64,000 nt of DNA. Origin: a virus. Its lineage: Duplodnaviria > Heunggongvirae > Uroviricota > Caudoviricetes. Location: the IMG/VR virus record IMGVR_UViG_3300031418_000001. One strand, given 5' to 3'. The notes under the pieces were generated by a model. That model saw only the letters and a list, made by a program, of their open reading frames with translations. It was not told the origin of the DNA and ran no database searches. The number at the start of each line of letters is the position of its first letter. Position 1 is the stretch's first letter. The position numbers were made by a program, and so were the translations under genes. Of this stretch, positions 43,864-54,598 are shown piece by piece.

Positions 43864-46257
43864 ATGGCTAATTTTAGTCCTAAGTGGGATTTAGTACTTG
43901 ACAGTACCACAATAATTGAAGGTCAAAGTACATACGCACGATTACGTCTATCTAAGCAAAGCAGCATAGATCCTAATTCCGATTATAATTTAAATACAGA
44001 CCAGTACTTACAGATTAGCTACACTATTAATCTAAACGGTGATGCAGTACAGGAAAGAGATTACAACATTTATGTTGGTGAAAATATCACATCCTTAATG
44101 CCTATGGCAGACGCTGGTACTGGTAATAATAAAATAAACGGAACACACGTAGTCAAATTTAATAAAAAAGAATTCAATCTAAGTTCTGATTACTTAGATA
44201 CCTATTTTATCGAGATTGTTTGTCCAGAAGATGGAATATGGGATGATTCACAAAATATATCTATTGTACTGAATTCAGTACAGTTGTATCAGGTAGATGG
44301 TGAACAAATACTTTCAATATCTGATAGTGGTATTATAGGTAACAGTACCGTCAAACTGTTATATGATAATACATTTGACACTTGGGTTACACCAGATTTA
44401 ACTACTCACCAAACAAATTTGTATACTATTGGTGAAGTTGCATACGGTTCAGAAAGCAGACTCTTTATTCAGGCTTATGGTTTCTCTCGGCCTTATGTTG
44501 AGAATGAAGACCGATTCATTGATGATCTATCAAATCGGGTTTTTGTTCCAACCTATAAACTCATTGATCTTGATATTGCTGCTATACCAGCTAACCATAT
44601 GACAGGTAAAGGTACAGTACTTAAACTTGACTCTAATGATGTAATATCCGAAGAAATGAAAGTACTTGTGATGGATGACACTACAAGTTTCGTAGATAGT
44701 GGATTAAAGTTTAATGGTAATGGTCAATTACTACAATCTTTATTATATGACTCAGAACCAGTTGATGCTTATTTTAAAGCAGAAATTGTCCCATTAACTT
44801 ATTATTATGCAGATCCATCTTCAGCATATTATGAAGGTAAAAGATTTAAAGCATATCAGATGTGGATTGCTCCTGATGACGTTTCGGTATTTGCAGAAAC
44901 ATCACAGCCTAAACCTGGTCATTTGTATCAACTTAAAGATACAAAGATATACCCGTATGTGGCAAAAACAGAAATCTATCAAGGTGAGTCTAAACTTATA
45001 TTTGATGAATCAGCTTGGAACGATTTAGGTGTATATTCAGAAAGTATGGGTGCATCTATTATTGGATTACAAAAAGTATTCAGAATAGTACTTAATAATG
45101 ACGATGGTTCAGGAATCAGCTTTGATACTGATCCTAATTTGGGTGTTATTCATGTAGGTGAATATTTTGGACATTCTAAATTTGCTAAAATTACTGCAAG
45201 TGGTTCAGACTTAATAACTTATACTATTAGTGATAAGTCTACTGATGATATTACAAAGTACAATCTGAACCTTACTGCTGATGGGTACATGGTTGGTACT
45301 GCATATTGTAAGACAATTGATTTTGATGAGAATGATGAAGTACCTTTAAAATTTACTGTAATAGCAACGAATAAGAAAGGAACTTCAATTGAACAGGAAT
45401 TCCAATTAACTATTATTCCAGGCTTTAGCCAGAATTACATTAGTAGTACACTCAATATGAGTACTGCATTTGAACGTAAATATTTTCAGTGCATTAGTTC
45501 GCAACAGTTTAACAACTACAAGTTTTACCGTGAATCAGACCCGCGTTATGGAAGACAAAAAGTACCTTCAATTCTGTTGAAAGAAAACTTTGTTAATCCT
45601 GCACAAGATTGGACTGATATTAAAGATGTTAAGAAGCGTTTACGTGATGGTATTATAGACACCGTTAATGGTGCTGTTATTCCTGATAGTGTGTTTCAGT
45701 ACGTTGTAGGTAATTATAAGGTAATTACTGCTGTTGATAACAACGGTAATGAATTATATGATGTACTTTACAGAGAAATGCTTCCATTTGGTTCAAATCC
45801 AAAACCAGAAACTGACCCAAGAAAATACAACGTTCAAGATTATTTCACATTAACTGAAGTATTCGGTATTCGTCAGAACGTTTTCAATATTCTCGGTGAA
45901 GATGTAAGGAATTTGAATGCAGATCCAGATGACTTCGAAAATCGTGCGGTAAGTGTTCCTGAACTCGATAACGTGAGTGTGGCAATGGTAGACACAGTAC
46001 CACGCTTTATGTCTCATGCTATGACGGATACAGGCGTTAAAAACGGCTATCGTCCTATGATGGTAGTTGCGTACTGTAATGCAGGTGAGGGTGATTTATT
46101 ATTTGATAACTTGGTTACATCATCAGAACATAAAAATATGTTAGGTGAAATAATTGAGGTACAGGTAGTGAACTTTACCTATTTCAGTGAAGAAGAAGGA
46201 AAGTATATTCAACAAGAATTTGCTATTCCTATCCCATTTAAATCACTAATGGCATAA
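43864..46257 (+). CDS. large virion structural protein (baseplate/tail-like)
   Basis: 797 aa, beta-rich with an Ig-like segment; late promoter. Confidence 0.55.
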   Translation: MANFSPKWDLVLDSTTIIEGQSTYARLRLSKQSSIDPNSDYNLNTDQYLQISYTINLNGDAVQERDYNIYVGENITSLMPMADAGTGNNKINGTHVVKFNKKEFNLSSDYLDTYFIEIVCPEDGIWDDSQNISIVLNSVQLYQVDGEQILSISDSGIIGNSTVKLLYDNTFDTWVTPDLTTHQTNLYTIGEVAYGSESRLFIQAYGFSRPYVENEDRFIDDLSNRVFVPTYKLIDLDIAAIPANHMTGKGTVLKLDSNDVISEEMKVLVMDDTTSFVDSGLKFNGNGQLLQSLLYDSEPVDAYFKAEIVPLTYYYADPSSAYYEGKRFKAYQMWIAPDDVSVFAETSQPKPGHLYQLKDTKIYPYVAKTEIYQGESKLIFDESAWNDLGVYSESMGASIIGLQKVFRIVLNNDDGSGISFDTDPNLGVIHVGEYFGHSKFAKITASGSDLITYTISDKSTDDITKYNLNLTADGYMVGTAYCKTIDFDENDEVPLKFTVIATNKKGTSIEQEFQLTIIPGFSQNYISSTLNMSTAFERKYFQCISSQQFNNYKFYRESDPRYGRQKVPSILLKENFVNPAQDWTDIKDVKKRLRDGIIDTVNGAVIPDSVFQYVVGNYKVITAVDNNGNELYDVLYREMLPFGSNPKPETDPRKYNVQDYFTLTEVFGIRQNVFNILGEDVRNLNADPDDFENRAVSVPELDNVSVAMVDTVPRFMSHAMTDTGVKNGYRPMMVVAYCNAGEGDLLFDNLVTSSEHKNMLGEIIEVQVVNFTYFSEEEGKYIQQEFAIPIPFKSLMA

Positions 46258-46267
46258 GGAAAATATT

Positions 46268-46567
46268 ATGTTTAATCCATTCTTTGATACATCATCCTTG
46301 TCAGACAAGGAATTATTGAATAAGATAGATGAAATGAGTGCTCGTCTTGTACGAGCACGAATGAGCGGTATAAATTTTGAAATTATTGAGAACATGAAGA
46401 TTGTGATTATGTCATGTGAAGAAGAACTACGCACTCGTGCTGGTACTAAATCACTTCAAGAAATTCACAAAGAAGATTCTTGTATCTTTGAAAGTGACCG
46501 AGATTATACTAAAGAAGCTAAAACCGATGAAAGTACAAAAAAATCGATCAGTAGACCCCAATGGTAA
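46268..46567 (+). CDS. hypothetical protein
   Basis: 99 aa ORF with AAGGA RBS. Confidence 0.7.
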   Translation: MFNPFFDTSSLSDKELLNKIDEMSARLVRARMSGINFEIIENMKIVIMSCEEELRTRAGTKSLQEIHKEDSCIFESDRDYTKEAKTDESTKKSISRPQW

Positions 46568-47045
46568 TGTACTTCTTGATTTAAACGCAGCCGTGTATTC
46601 TATCAATGCAGGCTGCAACATTCATGATATACAAATACAGGATTTAAATTTAGATGAAATTACATTGTTTAATAAGCATTGTGCTGAGTTTGGGTTTGAA
46701 GAACGTATACTAAATAACGAAGTTAATCATGAAAACAATCATAACCTTTGGAAGTATGATCCAAGTTATGATAATATTAATCTTGAAGATTATTTTTTAA
46801 ATTTATGTAGTACTGAAATTGAGAAAGAAAGAGTACTATATGAATTAAAGTTGTACAAGGAGTACAACATGACAAAACTACTACGTTGTATGCTATGGCT
46901 GGTACATACCTTTGAAGAGAACAATATCTTTTGGGGTGTAGGCCGTGGTAGTTCAGTGAGTAGTTATTGCTTGTACTTAATAGGTTTGCATATGGTGGAC
47001 TCAATTAAGTACGACTTAAATGTACATGAATTTTTGAAATGGTAA
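46527..47045 (+). CDS. DnaE/PolIII-alpha-like fragment (N-terminal part of a split mini-polymerase)
   Basis: ERVLYEL...WGVGRGSSVSSYCLYLIGLHMVDSIKYDLNVHEFL matches DnaE [34 protein letters not shown]. Confidence 0.85.
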   Translation: MKVQKNRSVDPNGNVLLDLNAAVYSINAGCNIHDIQIQDLNLDEITLFNKHCAEFGFEERILNNEVNHENNHNLWKYDPSYDNINLEDYFLNLCSTEIEKERVLYELKLYKEYNMTKLLRCMLWLVHTFEENNIFWGVGRGSSVSSYCLYLIGLHMVDSIKYDLNVHEFLKW

Positions 47046-47063
47046 TCATTTATGTGCTATACT
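47035..47063 (+). promoter_or_regulatory. phage promoter TGAAAT-N17-TATACT
   Basis: Recurrent motif. Confidence 0.7.
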
Positions 47064-47080
47064 ATTAAAAGGAAATTAAT

Positions 47081-47476
47081 ATGAAACACGTAACTTATCG
47101 TGGTAAACACGTTGATATGGAACTTCTGCGTTTTAAAAACCAACACCAAGTAGCCGTTGGTAATCTTAACATGAATGCTCGTGGTGATGTGTTAGGCCGT
47201 GGCGGTGTTATTGTTAAAACACGTGAAGAACTTCTAAAAGAAACTGAGATTGAACTTACTAAGCCTGATTTCAATCCTGAATCACAGACTGCATCATATG
47301 CTCCTGAAATGGAAAAACTATCAGATGCACTGTTGAGTGGTGGGAAAGTACCTAAGTCTAAAGTACATGACTTTACAGATGATGATAACGATTTTGAACC
47401 ACCATCATTTGAAGAAAAAGAAGAAGTTCAGGAAGAAGCTAAAGCTCCTAAACGTGCACCACGCAAAAGTACCTAA
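47081..47476 (+). CDS. hypothetical protein
   Basis: 131 aa ORF with AAGGA RBS. Confidence 0.7.
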   Translation: MKHVTYRGKHVDMELLRFKNQHQVAVGNLNMNARGDVLGRGGVIVKTREELLKETEIELTKPDFNPESQTASYAPEMEKLSDALLSGGKVPKSKVHDFTDDDNDFEPPSFEEKEEVQEEAKAPKRAPRKST

Positions 47477-47487
47477 TGGAGTAAAAA

Positions 47488-47808
47488 ATGGAGTCGAAAA
47501 AAGTTCTTGAAGCATTTAAGGGTAAAGTACTGGTAACTAATCTTGATACTGGTGCACAAACTCTGAAATCTGGTATCATCATTCCAAATGATGACGGTAA
47601 AGTAAATGGAATCCATTCACGTTGGGCTAAAGTATATGCCGTTGGTTCTGATATTACCGATATTAAAGAAGGTGAGTACATTTTAGTAGCTCACGGTCGC
47701 TGGAGTCGTACTATCGAGTTGGATGGCGTAAAACTAAATCTCGTCGATTATCCAAATGGAGTACTTGCAGCAGCACCAGAAAGACCAGAATACAAATACC
47801 CACATTAA
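47488..47808 (+). CDS. GroES-like co-chaperonin
   Basis: KVLV...TLKSGIIIP...KVYAVGSD...IKEGEYIL. Confidence 0.8.
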   Translation: MESKKVLEAFKGKVLVTNLDTGAQTLKSGIIIPNDDGKVNGIHSRWAKVYAVGSDITDIKEGEYILVAHGRWSRTIELDGVKLNLVDYPNGVLAAAPERPEYKYPH

Positions 47809-47815
47809 TTTTATT

Positions 47816-47839
47816 AAGCCTCTTCTTAGAGGCTTTTTT
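47816..47839 (+). terminator. intrinsic terminator
   Basis: AAGCCTCT-TCTT-AGAGGCTTTTTT. Confidence 0.8.
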
Positions 47840-47844
47840 CATGG

Positions 47845-48432
47845 ATGAATAAAATGAAAAAATATTTTTTATACGCAGACATTTATAGAGCAAAGATTAC
47901 AGATCGCCAGATCCGTGAGTACTTCAGAATGGCAATGGAAGATGTTGGAATTGAACATATGTACCTTGATAAACATCATGGTAAAGATTACAACGTTGAA
48001 AATCCGTCAAGTATTGAAGTTAAACAGGAAATTTTTGGTGCAGATAAAGGTAGAGGGTATCTTTACATTTTTCACGTTGAGAAAGAATTAAGTACTTCAC
48101 AAATTTCTCTTATCAAGAATTCATTGATTATGAACATCATGGGAGTTGTTGATATTAAAAGTGACGATGCACTTCAAGAGTTCAGTTATGTTGTTCGCAG
48201 TCTGAAGAGAATGATTAAACATAATGAATGGTCAGTTGATAATATTGAAAAAACATATCCTAAGATTAAATATCTTGATTTTGAGAAAGAATATAACGCA
48301 CGGGATGTACTTAAGGAAATCAAGTCCAATAGACGTACTTCTTCATGGAATGTTAATGAACAAATCCATACGTATTTTAAAGTAAAAAGAGCACAACTTA
48401 AATTACAAGAACTTCTATGCGGAAAAAACTGA
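47845..48432 (+). CDS. hypothetical protein
   Basis: 195 aa ORF. Confidence 0.65.
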   Translation: MNKMKKYFLYADIYRAKITDRQIREYFRMAMEDVGIEHMYLDKHHGKDYNVENPSSIEVKQEIFGADKGRGYLYIFHVEKELSTSQISLIKNSLIMNIMGVVDIKSDDALQEFSYVVRSLKRMIKHNEWSVDNIEKTYPKIKYLDFEKEYNARDVLKEIKSNRRTSSWNVNEQIHTYFKVKRAQLKLQELLCGKN

Positions 48433-48458
48433 AATAGATCTAATTTATGTCCTATACT
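48430..48458 (+). promoter_or_regulatory. phage promoter TGAAAT-N17-TATACT
   Basis: Recurrent motif. Confidence 0.65.
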
Positions 48459-48494
48459 ACACATGAATTAACATTTAAAAGGTGATTTAAATCA

Positions 48495-48803
48495 ATGAGT
48501 GCTGATAACGTAATTGTTTTTAGTGAACTTGAAATTGTTTCCAAGACGGGTGAATTTTATTACCAGTTGGGATTGAATAGTACAAGAGTACTTAAAGCTG
48601 ATGAAGAAACATTCAAAAATATGTTAGTTGCCACCGCACATACATATCAAAAAACAAAAGAAAAATACGGTGACTCATCCATTCAAACCAGTAAGGCACT
48701 TCGTACATATAAGTTCTACGAAGACCAAATTGATTTGGGTAAAGGTGATATGTTCACAGCATTACTCTATCCATTTACTCAATGGGTAGCAATTCAATAC
48801 TAA
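48495..48803 (+). CDS. hypothetical protein
   Basis: 102 aa ORF with RBS. Confidence 0.7.
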   Translation: MSADNVIVFSELEIVSKTGEFYYQLGLNSTRVLKADEETFKNMLVATAHTYQKTKEKYGDSSIQTSKALRTYKFYEDQIDLGKGDMFTALLYPFTQWVAIQY

Positions 48804-48860
48804 TTAATATCAATTAATACCAAGCCTGATGCTTGGTATATCTTTTTATAAGGACATAAA

Positions 48861-49814
48861 ATGAAAAACGCTCTATGGACAGAAAAGTATCGCCCAAAAT
48901 CAGTTGAAGATTATGTATTTAAAAACCCAGCATTTAAACAAAAAATGTTGGATTGGATTAAAACTGGTGATATTCCACATATTGGTTTATTCGGCCCTGC
49001 TGGTACTGGTAAAACTTCTGCACTTCAAGTACTACTGAATGGTCTTGAAGCTAACGGTCATATTGATAGTTCTGAAGTAGAGTACTTCAATATGAGTGAT
49101 GAAGGTATGGATGCAGTGCGTGAACGTATTCTACCAAGTGCTGGTATGGTGTGTATGGGTAAGTATCGTGTGTTCGTTCTTGAAGAAATGGAAATGATGA
49201 GCCAGAAATCACAAGGTTCATTGAAACGTGTGATGGAAGACTTTGCTGATAATGCACGATTCATTCTTACTTCTAACGCAATGCATCGTATTCTTCCACC
49301 TATCCGTTCACGTGTACAAAGTATTATGCTTGATACACATAACCAGGAAGAATTCATGACACATATTCTCGGTATTCTTATTAAAGAGAATGTTGATATG
49401 GGTTCAAGTAATGCACTTGAAGCTGTTGATCGTATTTGCCGTAGCACATGGCCCGACTTCCGTAAGGCACTAAACACCTTACAGAGTACTATTGTTGACG
49501 GTAAAATTCTTCAGTTAGAAGATAAAGTAGATAGCTCAACTGATTATAAAACTGCGATTATTGAAGCAGCTAAAAATAGCCGTATTGGTGAAATGCGTCA
49601 ACTGATTGTTAAAAACATTCCAGAAGATGAAATGGATGAATTCTTTTCATTCCTGTTCCGTAATGTAAACCTATTCAGTGAAGACCCGATGATCCAGAAC
49701 CATCTAATTCTAACTATTCGTGATGGTATGGTTAAAAGTACCATGTGTGCTGATTCAGAACTTAACCTGAGTGCAGTACTAATTGAAATGGACAAAATTG
49801 TAAAAGGTATGTAA
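48861..49814 (+). CDS. sliding clamp loader AAA+ subunit (gp44/RFC-like)
   Basis: LWTEKYRP, GPAGTGKT, RFILTSN, IRSR. Confidence 0.92.
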   Translation: MKNALWTEKYRPKSVEDYVFKNPAFKQKMLDWIKTGDIPHIGLFGPAGTGKTSALQVLLNGLEANGHIDSSEVEYFNMSDEGMDAVRERILPSAGMVCMGKYRVFVLEEMEMMSQKSQGSLKRVMEDFADNARFILTSNAMHRILPPIRSRVQSIMLDTHNQEEFMTHILGILIKENVDMGSSNALEAVDRICRSTWPDFRKALNTLQSTIVDGKILQLEDKVDSSTDYKTAIIEAAKNSRIGEMRQLIVKNIPEDEMDEFFSFLFRNVNLFSEDPMIQNHLILTIRDGMVKSTMCADSELNLSAVLIEMDKIVKGM

Positions 49815-49815
49815 T

Positions 49816-50454
49816 TTGAAAAAGAAAGCAATAGTGTTTGACTGTGATGATATTTTACTGGACTACATGGGCGGTATTAAATCTTTTCTGGATATTCACT
49901 ATAATATTAAACCGGATGGTTTACCAACCGATTACGTTCTTGATGAATGGGCTGGTATTTCTGGTAATAAGATGATGAAAATCATTTCTCATTTCAATGA
50001 GAGATCTTATGAATTCGGTTTACTTAAACCAGTACATCACCGAACTGCTGAACTTATGAATGTTCTTTATCGTACCGCACGTGGTCAGATTGATTTTATC
50101 ATTCTTACTAAAAGTGGTACTTTGGGTCATGGTGAAGTACTTCGTAAAGTTAACTTAATGAATGTATTCGGTGATATTTTCAAAAACACTATTATTATTG
50201 AAAAGTATGAATCCAAAAAAGGTTCTATATTAAAGATCCAGCAGGATTATGACATTCTGTGCTTTATCGACGATTACGTAAAGAATATTGATGATGCTGT
50301 ATCTTGTGGTGTTAATTCTGTAGTACTTGATCGTACTCACAATATTAAACACAAAGAATCTGGAAAGTATACTTTTATGAAGGATTGGGTTGAATTATAT
50401 AAGTACCTTGATAATTTAATCTATGATAACATAGTACTAACAGACATGGAGTAG
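49816..50454 (+). CDS. HAD-family phosphatase / 5'(3')-deoxyribonucleotidase-like
   Basis: FDCDDILLD, K..., FIDD motifs; TTG start. Confidence 0.75.
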   Translation: MKKKAIVFDCDDILLDYMGGIKSFLDIHYNIKPDGLPTDYVLDEWAGISGNKMMKIISHFNERSYEFGLLKPVHHRTAELMNVLYRTARGQIDFIILTKSGTLGHGEVLRKVNLMNVFGDIFKNTIIIEKYESKKGSILKIQQDYDILCFIDDYVKNIDDAVSCGVNSVVLDRTHNIKHKESGKYTFMKDWVELYKYLDNLIYDNIVLTDME

Positions 50455-50456
50455 TT

Positions 50457-51113
50457 ATGAACGAACAACAAAAGGATTTGTTGAGAAAAAATCTGGACAA
50501 TCAGTTAGATTACCTTGAAAGTATTCAGGATAATTTGATTGCTTATGCTTCCCTAAAAAATTGGATGAAAAAAGCATTAGTTGATAATTGCAAATCAGAA
50601 CTTCTGATGCTGGGTTATTCAAAGAAAGATTTATTGCTAAGTTTTAAAGAGCAAATAAGTTTTCCACAAAAAGATTTTATGGAAATTATTGTCCCTCTTT
50701 CATCATGGCCTAACGTATATGATACTAATCTTAAAAGTATTAATCCAGGTGACAAGAGGTTTTATGTAGTGAATTCAAACCATCCTAAATATAAAAACTT
50801 TATGCTTAGTGTTGGTTTATTGGATGCTAATTTCAAGACAGGGTTTGTCATTGATAGTGGTTATACTACGAGTTTAGAAAATTATGTACAAAACAATGGA
50901 AAAACAAAAATAACTTCTCGTTGTATTCTTGAATTTCATAATTCAATGATTAAATTAGAAAATTATAATTTTCCAAAAAATATAGCTGAACTTAATAATT
51001 ACATGTACTATATGAACTCCGTGGAAAGTCTTTACAGTAAAATTGAGGACTTTGGTGTTGAAAACCTGAAGAATCGTATACTGGAAGCACTGGAATCAGA
51101 AAAAAGTAAATAA
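50457..51113 (+). CDS. hypothetical protein
   Basis: 218 aa ORF with GGAG RBS. Confidence 0.7.
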   Translation: MNEQQKDLLRKNLDNQLDYLESIQDNLIAYASLKNWMKKALVDNCKSELLMLGYSKKDLLLSFKEQISFPQKDFMEIIVPLSSWPNVYDTNLKSINPGDKRFYVVNSNHPKYKNFMLSVGLLDANFKTGFVIDSGYTTSLENYVQNNGKTKITSRCILEFHNSMIKLENYNFPKNIAELNNYMYYMNSVESLYSKIEDFGVENLKNRILEALESEKSK

Positions 51114-51146
51114 GTTAAATGTTAATTACTTTTTGAGGATTCTAAC

Positions 51147-51737
51147 ATGTTAAACGACAATATGAGTATCAATAATAACGGTACTGTGCAACGTCTGTAT
51201 GATCAAGACGGCTTACTTGATATTCTGTTAGGTGTAGAAGAGTATTTTGACGGCATGGATTTATATGCTTATAAGAACTGGATTGAAGGTGAAATAGTTG
51301 AAGGCCCAAATGTTACCAAATATTGGGTTGAACTTACTCTTAAGTACTACCAAGATACTTTTCCCGATCCACGAGCATTACTAATTTTTGACCGTCAAGG
51401 TACTAAAGTTTTTACACGTAAAGATTTTGAGAACCGCCCGATTGAACATCCACGCGGTAATGAAGATATGGAAACAATGACGGGTAGCTACTCGGCGGTA
51501 CAAAAACCTAAACTTGAACGTATTCCTATTCTATTGATTAAATTTCAGATCCCACGTAGATTAGTGAATCCTGAAAGTTTCGATGAATACAAACTGATGG
51601 CAACTGATTTTAATAATAACGCACTTCTTCAGGATGAAGAACAACAAGAACCTGAACAGCAAGTTCAAGAACAGCCTGAAGATGATGGCGATCTTGATTT
51701 TGATGAAATGGGAGGAATGGATGAGCAAAATACTTAA
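51147..51737 (+). CDS. hypothetical protein with acidic tail (late)
   Basis: TAAATA at 51107; GAGG RBS. Confidence 0.7.
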   Translation: MLNDNMSINNNGTVQRLYDQDGLLDILLGVEEYFDGMDLYAYKNWIEGEIVEGPNVTKYWVELTLKYYQDTFPDPRALLIFDRQGTKVFTRKDFENRPIEHPRGNEDMETMTGSYSAVQKPKLERIPILLIKFQIPRRLVNPESFDEYKLMATDFNNNALLQDEEQQEPEQQVQEQPEDDGDLDFDEMGGMDEQNT

Positions 51738-52404
51738 TGAGAAATCGTTAAAACCTGAAGTACTAAAGGATTTAATTCATCCTATAATCAGCATTGATGA
51801 GTACACACCAAAGATCAACGATTCAAATATTGTTGTTAACTTTAAAGTACTTGATAATTTTGATGCTGCCTATGATCTCAGTTCTTTTATCGAACGTTCA
51901 CCTGAAGAAGTAGTTGATACAGAAGCGGTTGAAACTCCTGACGTAGATGGATTTTATAATGTGTTCGTTGAAATGGAACGCAATGCTGAATTCCCCGAAA
52001 GCCTTGTACGTCTGATTAAAGATATCGAGAACCTTTCACCGAATGTACAATGGAAATTACAGCTTTATCGTGTTAATGATCCAGTAGATTTGGACGTTAA
52101 GAAATTATCAAAGAATATTAAACTTAATGCTGAAGATGAACTACGTGAGTTCTTTGATTATGCTGCGGTTGAACTTAATGTTCTTGAAGAAGGATTTGAG
52201 TTAAAAAGCGTATATGGTTCAGTACTTAAGTATAGTAATGATTCAGGATTCATCAGTGAAGATACTGCTAAGTTTAAACTTAAACAGGATACACGCTTAG
52301 ATGAAACTAAGTTAAGTTCAGTACTCGGTTCTGAGTATGATGTATTGAAGTCCGGTTCTGAACTGATTGTTGGACGAAATGGAAAATACATTATATTGAG
52401 GTAA
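51721..52404 (+). CDS. hypothetical protein
   Basis: GGAGG RBS before ATG 51721; leader MSKILNE. Confidence 0.7.
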   Translation: MSKILNEKSLKPEVLKDLIHPIISIDEYTPKINDSNIVVNFKVLDNFDAAYDLSSFIERSPEEVVDTEAVETPDVDGFYNVFVEMERNAEFPESLVRLIKDIENLSPNVQWKLQLYRVNDPVDLDVKKLSKNIKLNAEDELREFFDYAAVELNVLEEGFELKSVYGSVLKYSNDSGFISEDTAKFKLKQDTRLDETKLSSVLGSEYDVLKSGSELIVGRNGKYIILR

Positions 52405-52405
52405 C

Positions 52406-53200
52406 ATGAGAGTACTTAACCTGCTTAAAGCACTCCATGAAAGTACACGTTGTGAGCTACAAAAGCATTCTAATATTGGCTTAACTAAAAGAATGTACTG
52501 CCGTGCATATGAAATTAATCGCATAGGTAAGAACTATGATGATTACAACAGGCAAGATATAAGTACTGAATTTATTTTAACATCATACCTTGCTCGTAAG
52601 GTTTTTATAAATGAAAAATACTTACGGGGAAGGTTCTATTATGATGATGAATATCAGAATGAAATTAAATTCACAAATGGATTGTGGAAGATCTACAGTT
52701 TAGAAGTATTCAATGAAGTACTTCCAGAACTTCCGGTTCCAGAGACATACAAAGAACTTGAACGTATCTTCATGGATAAGAAAAATACAAAATCTTTTAG
52801 TTTATACAAAACGGTCAAGAGTGCGGTAATCCACAGTACTCTGACAGATTCCAAGTACTGTACCAGTATAAAGGATTTTGACCTGTTTTGCTGTTTGCCA
52901 GGGATACCAGGTTGGACTTCAGTACAACACGGTGCATCACTCGTTGATGGTCGTAGAGAAGCCCCACAAAGGTTGTTTCAGGCAAGCATGGGAATGTATC
53001 GCTATGACCATCTTAATGCTAATGAACCTTATAAAAACTTTTGGAAAAAAGAGGCTCAAATGGCATTGACAAAGGCGATCACTCTATGGGAGAATCAGTA
53101 CATAACGAAGTTTCGTAACGCTACGATGTACGATTCAACTCCCTTACCAGAAAGATTTATTCCTGTTTCGGAGTTTAATTGGAACATTAAGAGGACTTAA
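52406..53200 (+). CDS. hypothetical protein
   Basis: 264 aa ORF with GAGG RBS. Confidence 0.7.
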   Translation: MRVLNLLKALHESTRCELQKHSNIGLTKRMYCRAYEINRIGKNYDDYNRQDISTEFILTSYLARKVFINEKYLRGRFYYDDEYQNEIKFTNGLWKIYSLEVFNEVLPELPVPETYKELERIFMDKKNTKSFSLYKTVKSAVIHSTLTDSKYCTSIKDFDLFCCLPGIPGWTSVQHGASLVDGRREAPQRLFQASMGMYRYDHLNANEPYKNFWKKEAQMALTKAITLWENQYITKFRNATMYDSTPLPERFIPVSEFNWNIKRT

Positions 53201-53222
53201 TTTGTTAAGTCCTTTTTCTTTT
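53192..53222 (+). terminator. intrinsic terminator
   Basis: AGGACTTAA-TTTG-TTAAGTCCT followed by a T tract. Confidence 0.75.
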
Positions 53223-53245
53223 GCCAAATTAAAGGGAATAAAAAT

Positions 53246-54124
53246 ATGAGTACTTATGCTTGCGGATTAGATCCAGAAGAAAAATTAAAATCCTTACGTG
53301 GCAGTGCAAAAGAACGTGAGAAAGAATTTACACTAACTGAACAAACTCTGATAACTCTTTTCCGCAAGAATAATGGTACTTGTGATTACACTGGAAAACC
53401 GTTCATCAATGATGTTAATAATGATATGTGTCCAAGTGTTGATCGTATCAGTCCTTTCCGTGGATACATCGCTGGTAACATCATTTTGTGTACTCGTAGA
53501 GCGAACAACCTTAAAGAACGTTATTTTGAAAGTAAAAGTTTAGTGCATATCAATAGTGATGATATGTCTGAATGCTATGACATTTATACTAAACTTATTG
53601 ATCCAGTTAAACTCAGTATGTTGTCATTAAATGGGGTAACACATATTCCTCATGTAAAAACTCGTACTCTCATTAATCGGTTCTTTGAGAAAGTACTACG
53701 TACAATTCAGTTAGGATTACCAGTACCTTCTGAGTTACGTGATGCGGCTACAGGTACTACTACTGATGATACAGATGAATCTGTGCAGGATAATAGCATG
53801 TTGGTAGTACAAGAGGTCACAGTGGCACCTGATTATGCTTTGTGTAAAAAATACATTGAATTCTGTGATAAGCATATTACATCTTTATCACTTAAAGAAT
53901 TCAGTACTAAATTCCAGCAACCTATTTGTGATTTCAGTTTAAATGCAATCACTGAACGTGAACTATTTGTAATTGATAGTTCAAAAGATGTAACTGCTAA
54001 CAACCTGTTAGTAGTGGATTCGAAGTACATTAAAGTACTTAATGCTATGAAAGAAAGTTCTATTAATTTCGAACAATTTAATATCTACGTAAACAATATT
54101 TGTAAAGTAATCAATAAGGAATAA
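53246..54124 (+). CDS. His-Me (HNH-like) endonuclease-domain protein
   Basis: CDYTG...SVDRISPFRGYIAGNIILCTRRANNLK; degenerate second copy near the C-terminus. Confidence 0.65.
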   Translation: MSTYACGLDPEEKLKSLRGSAKEREKEFTLTEQTLITLFRKNNGTCDYTGKPFINDVNNDMCPSVDRISPFRGYIAGNIILCTRRANNLKERYFESKSLVHINSDDMSECYDIYTKLIDPVKLSMLSLNGVTHIPHVKTRTLINRFFEKVLRTIQLGLPVPSELRDAATGTTTDDTDESVQDNSMLVVQEVTVAPDYALCKKYIEFCDKHITSLSLKEFSTKFQQPICDFSLNAITERELFVIDSSKDVTANNLLVVDSKYIKVLNAMKESSINFEQFNIYVNNICKVINKE

Positions 54125-54126
54125 CT

Positions 54127-54543
54127 ATGTCTAAGAAGCTAAAATTTCATTTCACAGAAGGCCACACTCACATTGCTACTGGCGTAGTTAATATGTGGAA
54201 TTCATCAGATGCGTTTGTTTACAGTACCTTCAAAGAAAATGATGGTATTGTAACAAGTTCTGATGTTACAGTTCCAATGCATGATGTATTGTACATTGAA
54301 GTACTTGATGATGCTGGTGGTATTACAGTTGTGCCTGGCCTGATCACATCTTTCAGTGCTGTTCCTAACGCTGCACAAGTAGACAAAGTACAGAAAGATC
54401 TGCAAAACAAAAAAGAAGCAGATGAAAAATTCCTGAAGGAAAAAGAAATTAAACGCCAGAAAACTGCTCAGCGTAAAAAAGAACAACACGCTAAGCATCT
54501 TGGTATTACAGTAGAACAGCTTGAAAGTCTACATAAAAAGTAA
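54127..54543 (+). CDS. hypothetical protein
   Basis: 138 aa ORF with AAGGA RBS. Confidence 0.7.
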   Translation: MSKKLKFHFTEGHTHIATGVVNMWNSSDAFVYSTFKENDGIVTSSDVTVPMHDVLYIEVLDDAGGITVVPGLITSFSAVPNAAQVDKVQKDLQNKKEADEKFLKEKEIKRQKTAQRKKEQHAKHLGITVEQLESLHKK

Positions 54544-54558
54544 TAGTTATATCCCAGG

Positions 54559-54583
54559 GGGAGCCTTAAAAGGTTCCCTTTTT
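54559..54583 (+). terminator. intrinsic terminator
   Basis: GGGAGCCTT-A-AAAGGTTCCC followed by TTTTT. Confidence 0.65.
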
Positions 54584-54598
54584 AATTAGGAAGTATGT

